DNA from: Candidatus Enterousia sp.
Lineage (GTDB): Bacteria; Pseudomonadota; Alphaproteobacteria; Rs-D84
Direction: 5' to 3'
Length of the DNA stretch: 64,000 nucleotides
Assembly: GCA_045613345.1 (NCBI GenBank)
Contig: JAZLAT010000005.1
Coordinates: 135,112-199,111 of the forward strand
Shown: positions 18,926 through 27,290 of the stretch, piece after piece
How the letters are laid out: the number at the start of each line of letters is the position of its first letter
Position numbering within the stretch: position 1 is the first letter of the stretch
Notes under the pieces: model-generated
Database searches by the model: none
Seen by the model: the letters and a program-made list of their open reading frames with translations, nothing else
Told to the model about the DNA's origin: nothing
Made by a program: the position numbers and the translations under genes

Positions 18926-20179
18926 CTATTCATTTCTCAACACCTCCACTGGGTCGGTGTTGGCGGCCTTCCATGCCGGATAAATTGTCGCCAAAAACGC
19001 CAGTGCAATCGCAATCACCGCAATTCCAATGACCGTTGCCGGTACAACCTTGGACGGCAATTCAGATAAATAATACAATTCCGCCGGAAACAAATCACGA
19101 CCAGTTGCCCATTGGAAAAATTGCCGAATCGGTTCAATATAAACTGCGACCACCAATCCCAAAATTGTTCCCAAAACTGCACCAATTACACCGATACTGG
19201 TACCCGACAAAATAAATATCTTCATCATTGAACGCCGCGACACACCAAAAGTGCGCAACACCGCGATATCGCGCGATTTATCTTTGACCAACATAACAAG
19301 CGACGATACGATATTAAACGCCGCCACAATCACGATCAGCATCAAAATCAAAAACATCACATTTGATTCAACCTGAAGTGCGCCAACGAATCCACGATTC
19401 AAATCACGCCAATCACGAACAACATAACCATCAGGTAAAATATTTATCAACGCATCGCGCACCGCATCAGTTTTTTCTGCGTCCCACAAGAACAAATCAA
19501 TATGCGTCACCGCGTCCCCAATATTCAGATATTTTTGCGCCGTGGCAAGTGGCATAAATATATATCCAGAATCATATTCATACATACCCATAAAGAACGA
19601 GCTCATAACCGGATAAGACATAATCCGTGGCATAGTTCCAAATGCGGTCGGTGTTGCACCGTTTGCCGAAACCAACGACACACTATCACCCATATGCGCA
19701 CCCAAGTTCCGCGACAAAGTCGCACCCATCACCAATTCTCCATCAGCAATTTGCGACAAATTCTTGCCATAAACACGTGTTCCATTTTTCGTTTTTGCAA
19801 TCAAATCATTCATACGAATACCGCGCACCATAGCCCCAGAATTATTACCATCATGCGTTACCATGACTTGACCTTCGGCAATCGGGACAATAGAATTCAC
19901 CGCATTTTTAACAGTATTACTTTGGCGCATTTTATCAATCAAGAAATCATAGTCCGCAATAGCACCATCTTGGTGATACACAACGACATGTCCGTTCATT
20001 CCAACAATTCTTGAAAGTAACGTATCATGAAAACCGCCCATAACCGACATAACAACAATCAGTGTCGCCACACCCAACATAATTCCAATCAAAGACACCC
20101 ACGACACCACTGACCCAAAGCCACGCCGCTTTGCGCCCAAATATCTAAATGCAATTTTTCTTTCCAGTTTACTGAACAT
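18926..20179 (-). CDS. lipoprotein-releasing system permease LolC/LolE family
   Basis: 417 aa with MacB/FtsX-type topology: N-terminal TM helix, large periplasmic domain, C-terminal FtsX-like TM bundle. N-terminus FRYLGAKRR is typical of LolC/E. Confidence 0.8.
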   Translation of the reverse strand: MFSKLERKIAFRYLGAKRRGFGSVVSWVSLIGIMLGVATLIVVMSVMGGFHDTLLSRIVGMNGHVVVYHQDGAIADYDFLIDKMRQSNTVKNAVNSIVPIAEGQVMVTHDGNNSGAMVRGIRMNDLIAKTKNGTRVYGKNLSQIADGELVMGATLSRNLGAHMGDSVSLVSANGATPTAFGTMPRIMSYPVMSSFFMGMYEYDSGYIFMPLATAQKYLNIGDAVTHIDLFLWDAEKTDAVRDALINILPDGYVVRDWRDLNRGFVGALQVESNVMFLILMLIVIVAAFNIVSSLVMLVKDKSRDIAVLRTFGVSRRSMMKIFILSGTSIGVIGAVLGTILGLVVAVYIEPIRQFFQWATGRDLFPAELYYLSELPSKVVPATVIGIAVIAIALAFLATIYPAWKAANTDPVEVLRNE

Positions 20180-20205
20180 TATGCTTCCTATTCTAACACA
20201 CCGAC

Positions 20206-21525
20206 CTAATTACGCAAGTAATTCCGTAATGCGTCACCAACCAATTGCGGCTCCGCGGGTATCTTGGCAGGGTCAACAATAGATACAATCCGCGGCGACA
20301 TAAACACAACCAATTCTGCGAACGGGCTTATCAATGTTTCCGGCGTTGTCACAAAAGAATGTGTCGGAATTCCAATTATGACATAGTTATCACCAATGCT
20401 GGACGGGATTGTGAACGAAGACAATTCGCCGTTACTGGTACGCAAAACAATCTTAGCATCAATCTTCTTTTTGCCCGCAAAATCGGCATATTTTGCGGTT
20501 GCACCAACAATAAGGTCTGTCTCTAAACGTTCTTCTTTGCTGCATTGACCAATATCGAATCGCGATTGCCACCCATCAGGCACCACAAATTGCCCTTGGG
20601 ACACCAATACAACATTAGCCTGTTGCGACAAGAATTCTTGCAAAGTTTTTGTATTTATCTCTGGACCAACAACCAAAGCACGCCCGACAACACCCGGCAC
20701 AGACATCTTTATATTCTTGTCCCCAAACGCCGGCAACAAATTCATCCATATAATCGGATTATCGGTCCGCGGATATACACGATACACATCCATATCCCAT
20801 GCCATCACATATTTTTTAGACGATATATCCGAAATTATACGCGCGACTTCGCGTTCTGTTTGATAATCGCCTTCGAACACCAAAGTATTATCCGCCCAAT
20901 CAACAATCATATTCCGCACATCTGCGCCATGCATCGCGTCCAAAAGCGCCATTACTATTGTATCATTATGCGGCATTTTAATAAGCCATTTTGCACGATT
21001 GAACAACTTTATTTCGCGCAAATCTGCATCATAAGAATAATACACGCGACCCAAACGCGTTATCAAATCAACCGCATCAGAAAGCGCACCCGAAGCAATA
21101 ACCCCCGACACCTTTTCGACCATTTGACCTTGTTCTATGACGGCAATATCGGTTCCTTCAAGTAATTTATTTAATGCCGCAGATACCGTTTGTTTCCTAA
21201 AATCATAATCGGACACGGTCAAATCATCCGGAAAAGCATCACCAACATTCAAACGCACAATTTCGATTTTTTCATCTGGCACCACAGATACGACCGATTG
21301 ATTATCCCAATTAACCGTGCAACGCCGTGGCAATTCAACCGAAAAACGTCGCGCAGTGTCCGTGGTCAAAGCCGCCTTTTTGGGAAATATCGGTACAGAA
21401 TTATCATCAATAACCAAATTATCAATCACTTGGACTGTATCATATTGCATTGTATTTATATCATCGGGCACTTGCATACACCCAACAACAAATATCGATG
21501 CAACCAAAGCAAATAATTTTTTCAT
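20206..21525 (-). CDS. outer-membrane lipoprotein, possible short secretin-like channel
   Basis: Lipobox VVGC. N0/N1-like segments (TVSAALNKLLEGTDIAVIE; VRNMIVDWADNTLVFEGDYQTEREVARIISDI). C-terminal segments resemble the secretin domain (VLVSQGQFVVPDGWQSRFDIG; NYVIIGIPT; ELVVFMSPRIVS). The functional call is inference only. Confidence 0.35.
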   Translation of the reverse strand: MKKLFALVASIFVVGCMQVPDDINTMQYDTVQVIDNLVIDDNSVPIFPKKAALTTDTARRFSVELPRRCTVNWDNQSVVSVVPDEKIEIVRLNVGDAFPDDLTVSDYDFRKQTVSAALNKLLEGTDIAVIEQGQMVEKVSGVIASGALSDAVDLITRLGRVYYSYDADLREIKLFNRAKWLIKMPHNDTIVMALLDAMHGADVRNMIVDWADNTLVFEGDYQTEREVARIISDISSKKYVMAWDMDVYRVYPRTDNPIIWMNLLPAFGDKNIKMSVPGVVGRALVVGPEINTKTLQEFLSQQANVVLVSQGQFVVPDGWQSRFDIGQCSKEERLETDLIVGATAKYADFAGKKKIDAKIVLRTSNGELSSFTIPSSIGDNYVIIGIPTHSFVTTPETLISPFAELVVFMSPRIVSIVDPAKIPAEPQLVGDALRNYLRN

Positions 21526-21539
21526 ATTTTTACCTTTTA

Positions 21540-21911
21540 TTATATATTCATTACTTTTTCAAACTCTTCCAATGTCATTTCATATATTGCCTTTTGCGAA
21601 GGTGTTGTCAAATCGCGAACATGTTCGAACTGTTTTTTAAACCTTTCGATAACATCCACAACATCAGGCGACACAGAATCCCCAGACTTTAACAACCTTT
21701 CACCATATTCTAGCACAAATTCCAAAACATCCGCCGCAAAAAAACGACCAACATAGTTTTCCATCGCAATTCCGCCCTTGGAAACACATATCGCAGACAT
21801 AATTTTTGCGGTCTGGTTATAGAAATTTGCAAGTTTAATAAAATTGTTCACATCTATTGCCATCTCTTTTCCCTCGATATTATTCTTACATATTATAAAA
21901 ACTATTGCCAC
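21540..21911 (-). CDS. hypothetical cytoplasmic protein
   Basis: ORF with coding-like composition. The more likely start is MAIDVNNF at 21863. No recognisable motif. Confidence 0.35.
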   Translation of the reverse strand: MAIVFIICKNNIEGKEMAIDVNNFIKLANFYNQTAKIMSAICVSKGGIAMENYVGRFFAADVLEFVLEYGERLLKSGDSVSPDVVDVIERFKKQFEHVRDLTTPSQKAIYEMTLEEFEKVMNI

Positions 21912-21940
21912 AAAAAGGCAATTAAATTATAATATGAAAT

Positions 21941-22330
21941 ATGAAAATAATGAAAATAATTTTATTCCTTGGATTTCTTGGGGTTTCGGCTTGTTCTTCG
22001 CCGAACGGTGGAAGCATTGATGACGCAACAATCCTTAATTGGGAAAACGAATCGGTCACGACCGAACAATTCGTTCGCGACCACAAGGCATGTTTGGGCA
22101 TAAATACACCATCATATATGCCGCGTTCACGACTTGCAAAATTACTCTCACCAAATCAAAGTGCACGCATGCCTGATTGGGATGGTCTTTGGGTGACATT
22201 CCAATCAAACGAATACAAAGATGTTGGTCAACGTGCTTTATTATCGGTTCCGCGCAATACAACATCAAAATCTGTTGGTTCTTATCGGCGCTGTATGTTT
22301 CGTCGCGGATACTTGTTGCGCGCGATGTAA
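21941..22330 (+). CDS. small lipoprotein, unknown function
   Basis: Signal peptide with lipobox VSAC. 129 aa. Confidence 0.45.
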   Translation: MKIMKIILFLGFLGVSACSSPNGGSIDDATILNWENESVTTEQFVRDHKACLGINTPSYMPRSRLAKLLSPNQSARMPDWDGLWVTFQSNEYKDVGQRALLSVPRNTTSKSVGSYRRCMFRRGYLLRAM

Positions 22331-22383
22331 AAATTTACTGTTCAACCTTTTATATTAAATAAAAATATGCTATAATACGCCAT

Positions 22384-23064
22384 ATGAAAAGGAATTTACT
22401 GTTTTGGCTGTATTTTATACTGGCGATATTGCTTGCCATTTATTTTGCGGCACGTATAGTAATGACATTTATGGGTTATGGACCAATTGCAACTGTGCGC
22501 AATATTTCCGTATCCGCAGATGCAAATGATAAAGACCTTACCACAATTGCGGCAACGGTTGGAATCGCACCCGGGACACACACACATTCTGTAAACCTTG
22601 AATTGGTAAACGAACGAATCGCACAAACCCCGGGGGTACGCAATTCGGCTGTGCGTCGTATGCCAAATGGGAACATGTCGGTGAAGATCCGTCTTTATCG
22701 CGCGGTTGCAGAATGGACCGATGGAACATATTATTATCCACTTTCTGCGGATGGAACAATTGTAAAAAAGCCCAATGAAGAACGTTCCCCTGGCGCGGTT
22801 GTATTTCGCGGACCGGTCCCAGACGATATCGGGGACATAACAAATGCGGCAACAAATTTAATCGGCGATCTTGAATATATGGAATGGATCGATGATCGCC
22901 GTTGGAATATTGGCATGCACGGTGGAATTGTCGTAATGTTGCCCGAATCTGACCCAAGCACGGCAATTGCAAACTTGGTTGTTTTGAATCAAAAGCATAA
23001 TATTTTATCCAAAGACATTCATGTAATAGACATGCGGGATTCTGCACGAATTTTGGTAAAATAA
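22384..23064 (+). CDS. ftsQ: cell division protein FtsQ (POTRA domain)
   Basis: N-terminal TM anchor, POTRA-like region (VRNISVS...), and position immediately upstream of ftsA with a 1-nt gap. Confidence 0.7.
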   Translation: MKRNLLFWLYFILAILLAIYFAARIVMTFMGYGPIATVRNISVSADANDKDLTTIAATVGIAPGTHTHSVNLELVNERIAQTPGVRNSAVRRMPNGNMSVKIRLYRAVAEWTDGTYYYPLSADGTIVKKPNEERSPGAVVFRGPVPDDIGDITNAATNLIGDLEYMEWIDDRRWNIGMHGGIVVMLPESDPSTAIANLVVLNQKHNILSKDIHVIDMRDSARILVK

Positions 23065-23065
23065 A

Positions 23066-24850
23066 ATGAATATGATGGATTCGGCTTTTTTATGTCTGGA
23101 TATTGGGACCGCCGGTGTTCGCGGTATTGCGCATCGCATAAAAAATGCCCAAATTGACCACAGTGCATATTATTCGATTGATGATTTTGATACCGTTTTT
23201 GCGCTAAAATCTGTAATTGATGAACTTGAAAAGCAAATTGGAACACGCTTTGATACGGCATATATTACGGGAAATTTTGGTTCGGCATATTTTACGATGA
23301 CACCGCAAAGCACAATTTGGGGAAACGAACATAAAATAACCGCCGCCGACATAAAATCACAAATTGCATCTATTCATGCACCCGAAGGTTTTTACCCTTT
23401 GCATATAATTCCTTTGCGATATGACACACCGAAAATTCGAAACATGTTATCACCCATTGGACATACAGACCGACAATTGGTTTCGGCTTTTGCGGCATTA
23501 TTTTTTGACAATGAATACATGCAAAAGTTTTTAACGAATTTGCGTCATGCACACATTCAACCCGCCGCATTCTATGCACCGCATTTCTTGATGAACGAAA
23601 CAATGAATAACAACAAAGAAACATTGGTGTTTATCGATTTTGGTGCGGAAAATACAACAACATCTATTTGGACGCGACGCGGGCCAGTGTTTTTTGATGT
23701 TTGTAAAATTGGCGGAAACGATTTAACACATGATTTATCGACAAGACTTGACATACCATTTTCAGAATCTGAGAAAATCAAGCTCCGTGTTGCAGATATG
23801 CGTGCAAATGACATGGCACGATTCAGTCCTGCTGACAGTGCTTATGCTTTTTCATGCGCCGAAGTAAACGACATCATTGTCCCCTTTTTAACTAATTTGG
23901 TTCAAGACATCAAAAATAAAGCACAAACTTATATTGAAAAATATAACCCATCAAAAATTATTTTAACGGGCGGCATAACAAAAATTCCGGGATTTTATGA
24001 ATTCATGGTCAATATGTTTGATTTGCCAATAGATGTATGCGATTCAGACGCAACTGTTCGCGCATTATCAGAATATATTTGGCAAGCCAATGCCGACCAT
24101 CGCAAGAAATATATTGGACGTTTGGAACGATGGGAATCGATACTTGATAAAGTATTTCGCATATTTCACAGACGCAAAAAAAAGAACAAAAAGATATTTA
24201 TTCCGATTATGCCAAGCAGCCTGTGCTTTGACATGAACGCCCCCGAAACATACAGCATGTTTTATTCTGGGGGGATATCGGCAATTCATGTTGATATAAT
24301 GGACGGATTTTATGTTGACAGAATCGCAGGCAGCATTGATGAATTGCGACATATTCGCGAATCTTGGACGGGACATCTGCATGTGCATTTAATGACCGAA
24401 GCACCATCAGAATGGGCACGCGATGCAATTGGTGCGGGGGCCGACACTGTTATACTTTCAACAAATACTGCGGGGTTACGCAATGCAATTCAAATTGCGC
24501 ATAACGCGAACAAGCGTGTTGGAATCGCATTAAATCCGGAATCTTCGATTACGCTTTTAAAAACTGTTCTGCGCGAACTTGACGAAGTTATGATAATGGC
24601 GGTCAAACCCGGCGCGGCGGGTCAAATGTTTGATAAAAGTGTGTTAAAGAAAATATCTGTTTTAAACGCAACACGAAAAAAATATGGATTAAAATTTATT
24701 ATATCGGTTGATGGCGGTATAAACGCCGAAACCGCCCCACTCTGTTGGGATGCGGGTGCGGATATATTGGTAAGTGGTTCGTATCTTGCGTCTGCGCCAG
24801 ACTTTCCTTTGGCGGTACAATCGTTATTAAAAAAGCAACCTAGTGAATAA
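23066..24850 (+). CDS. ftsA: FtsA-like actin-family cell division protein fused in frame to a ribulose-phosphate 3-epimerase domain
   Basis: aa 1-~375: actin-fold motifs LDIGTAGVRG, IDFGAENTT, GGNDLTHD, LTGGITKIPG and a C-terminal amphipathic helix WESILDKVFRIF. aa ~378-594: Rpe motifs IHVDIMDGFYV, HVHLM, MAVKPGAAGQ, SVDGG. No stop codon between the two parts. An internal ATG lies at 24209. Confidence 0.8.
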   Translation: MNMMDSAFLCLDIGTAGVRGIAHRIKNAQIDHSAYYSIDDFDTVFALKSVIDELEKQIGTRFDTAYITGNFGSAYFTMTPQSTIWGNEHKITAADIKSQIASIHAPEGFYPLHIIPLRYDTPKIRNMLSPIGHTDRQLVSAFAALFFDNEYMQKFLTNLRHAHIQPAAFYAPHFLMNETMNNNKETLVFIDFGAENTTTSIWTRRGPVFFDVCKIGGNDLTHDLSTRLDIPFSESEKIKLRVADMRANDMARFSPADSAYAFSCAEVNDIIVPFLTNLVQDIKNKAQTYIEKYNPSKIILTGGITKIPGFYEFMVNMFDLPIDVCDSDATVRALSEYIWQANADHRKKYIGRLERWESILDKVFRIFHRRKKKNKKIFIPIMPSSLCFDMNAPETYSMFYSGGISAIHVDIMDGFYVDRIAGSIDELRHIRESWTGHLHVHLMTEAPSEWARDAIGAGADTVILSTNTAGLRNAIQIAHNANKRVGIALNPESSITLLKTVLRELDEVMIMAVKPGAAGQMFDKSVLKKISVLNATRKKYGLKFIISVDGGINAETAPLCWDAGADILVSGSYLASAPDFPLAVQSLLKKQPSE

Positions 24851-25250
24851 TTATTTTGCGCCCCGAATCGTATTCTTCTATATCAATATGAATTGTATTA
24901 CTTGGCAACATATCACGCGCAATATCCGGCCATTCAATCAAAGTAATATCATTTTGAATTGCAAAATCCAAACCAATTTCAACCAATTCTGCTACATCAG
25001 CAATTCTATATAAATCAAAATGTGAAATTTTTTCATCACCCGTAACATAAGTTTGCACCAACGTAAATGTTGGACTTGGCACCACAGTGTCCGCACTACA
25101 AAGCGTTTGGATTATTGTGCGTGCAATTTCAGATTTTCCAACCCCCAAATCACCATGCAACGCGACCGTCACCGGTGCATGCAACCCCCGCGCAAAATCC
25201 CGCGCCCATGCACGTGTTTCATCAATATTTTTTGTTATAATTGTTTTCAT
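24840..25250 (-). CDS. tsaE: tRNA t6A37 biosynthesis ATPase TsaE (YjeE)
   Basis: 136 aa. P-loop LHGDLGVGKSEIAR and SPTFTLVQ motifs typical of TsaE. Confidence 0.8.
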   Translation of the reverse strand: MKTIITKNIDETRAWARDFARGLHAPVTVALHGDLGVGKSEIARTIIQTLCSADTVVPSPTFTLVQTYVTGDEKISHFDLYRIADVAELVEIGLDFAIQNDITLIEWPDIARDMLPSNTIHIDIEEYDSGRKIIIH

Positions 25251-25253
25251 ATC

Positions 25254-27242
25254 TTACTCCAACATCAATAAATCATCTTCCATTTTTCGAATTGCATCAC
25301 GCAATTGCGCCGCGGTTTCAAAGTCTAAATTTTCTGCCGATTTTTTCATCTGTTGCGTCATCTTTTTGATATCGCGCCGCAAAGTTTCGGCATCAACAAG
25401 ACCATCCTTGGTATACAAAAACCTGTTCTTTTTATCAAGTTTTTCTGATTTTTCGGTCACTTCATTAAACACTGCCTTGGTCACAGTTTTTGGCACAATA
25501 CCGTGCGCAACATTATACGCCATTTGCTTTTCACGCCGCCGTGCTGTCTCGTCCAATGCCGCCCGCATAGATTCTGTTATCACATCTGCATATAATATCA
25601 CACGCCCATTTGCGTTTCTTGCTGCCCGACCTATGGTTTGAATCAGCGAACGCGTTGACCGCAAAAAACCTTCTTTATCCGCATCCATAATTGCGACCAA
25701 TTCACATTCGGGAACATCCAAACCTTCGCGCAGTAAATTTATCCCAACCAACACATCAAATTTTCCCATTCGCAAATCACGCAACAGTTCGATACGTTCC
25801 AATGTTTCAATATCACTGTGCAGGTATCGTGCACGAACACCATTTTCACAAAGATAATCTGTCAATTGTTCTGCCATTTTTTTGGTAAGCGTCGTTACCA
25901 AAGCGCGACCTTTTATTGCACGAACACGTTCTAATAAATCATCAACTTGATTTTTAATTGGTTGCACAATACATTCAGGGTCCAAAAGCCCGGTCGGACG
26001 AATCACTTGTTCTGCAACAACGCCATTTGATTGATTTAATTCCCATTCTGCGGGCGTTGCCGAAACAAATATTGTTTGCGGTCGCATTTTATCCCATTCA
26101 TCAAAAGTCAATGGCCGATTATCCACACATGACGGCAAACGAAAACCATACTGTGCCAGTGTTTCTTTGCGCGCCCTGTCCCCGCGTGACATCGCACCAA
26201 TTTGCGGCACCGTTACATGACTTTCGTCGATAAACAATATTGCATCTTGCGGTAAATATTCAAACAGTGTCGGTGGTGGTTCGCCCGGGGCGCGTCCCGA
26301 CAAATACCGCGAATAGTTTTCAATTCCACGGCAAGTTCCGGTGGCTTCCATCATTTCGATATCCATACTGACGCGTTCACGCAACCGTTGCTCTTCAACA
26401 TATTTCATATTTTTACGAAAATATTCCAACCGTTCATCTAAATCCTTTTTTATTTGACCAATTGCACTGACCACCGAAGGCATAGGTATCGCATAATGTG
26501 TATTTGGATATACCGCAACACGATTTTGTTTGATAATTTTTGCACCCGTTAAAGTATCGAATTCCCAAATCTCTTCAATTTCATCACCCCAAAAAGAAAC
26601 CTTCCATCCACGATCTTGACTGTGTGACGGGAATATATCAATTGTATCACCACGCACACGAAAATCCCCGCGTGATGGCGCAACATCATTTCGTTTATAT
26701 TGAATATCAACCAATTCCCGAATAACATCGCCGGGGCCCATTTTGTCGCCAACATTCAAAACCAACTTCATTCCTGCATATTGCTCTGGGGTCCCAAGAC
26801 CATATATTGCCGATACCGAAGAAACAACGATAACATCGCGTTCTTCCAACATTGCGCGTGTCGCGCTGTGCCGCATTCGGTCCAATTGTTCATTTATAGA
26901 CGCATCTTTATCAATGTATGTATCGGTTGTTGGGACATATGCTTCGGGTTGGTAATAATCATAATAAGACACAAAATATTCCACATGATTATTCGGGAAA
27001 AAAGACTTCATTTCTGTATAAAGTTGCGCCGCCAATATTTTATTTGGCGCCATCAATAATGCCGGACGTCCCAATTCTGCAATTACATTTGCCATGGTAA
27101 AAGTCTTGCCCGATCCGGTAACACCCAATAAAACCTGGGAACGTTGTCCCGATTTTATTCCATCGACCAATTCCGATATAGCGGTTGGTTGGTCCCCCAT
27201 CGGTTTATAATCGCATACAAGATTAAATATTTTTTTATTCAT
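25254..27242 (-). CDS. uvrB: excinuclease ABC subunit B
   Basis: GVTGSGKTFTMA Walker A, helicase motifs (DESH, the region around QTIGRAARN), and a C-terminal UVR domain FETAAQLRDAIRKME. 662 aa. Confidence 0.95.
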   Translation of the reverse strand: MNKKIFNLVCDYKPMGDQPTAISELVDGIKSGQRSQVLLGVTGSGKTFTMANVIAELGRPALLMAPNKILAAQLYTEMKSFFPNNHVEYFVSYYDYYQPEAYVPTTDTYIDKDASINEQLDRMRHSATRAMLEERDVIVVSSVSAIYGLGTPEQYAGMKLVLNVGDKMGPGDVIRELVDIQYKRNDVAPSRGDFRVRGDTIDIFPSHSQDRGWKVSFWGDEIEEIWEFDTLTGAKIIKQNRVAVYPNTHYAIPMPSVVSAIGQIKKDLDERLEYFRKNMKYVEEQRLRERVSMDIEMMEATGTCRGIENYSRYLSGRAPGEPPPTLFEYLPQDAILFIDESHVTVPQIGAMSRGDRARKETLAQYGFRLPSCVDNRPLTFDEWDKMRPQTIFVSATPAEWELNQSNGVVAEQVIRPTGLLDPECIVQPIKNQVDDLLERVRAIKGRALVTTLTKKMAEQLTDYLCENGVRARYLHSDIETLERIELLRDLRMGKFDVLVGINLLREGLDVPECELVAIMDADKEGFLRSTRSLIQTIGRAARNANGRVILYADVITESMRAALDETARRREKQMAYNVAHGIVPKTVTKAVFNEVTEKSEKLDKKNRFLYTKDGLVDAETLRRDIKKMTQQMKKSAENLDFETAAQLRDAIRKMEDDLLMLE

Positions 27243-27290
27243 AATCCTTAGTATAATCTGTTATAATAAAAAAACAAGGGGACGAGAATT

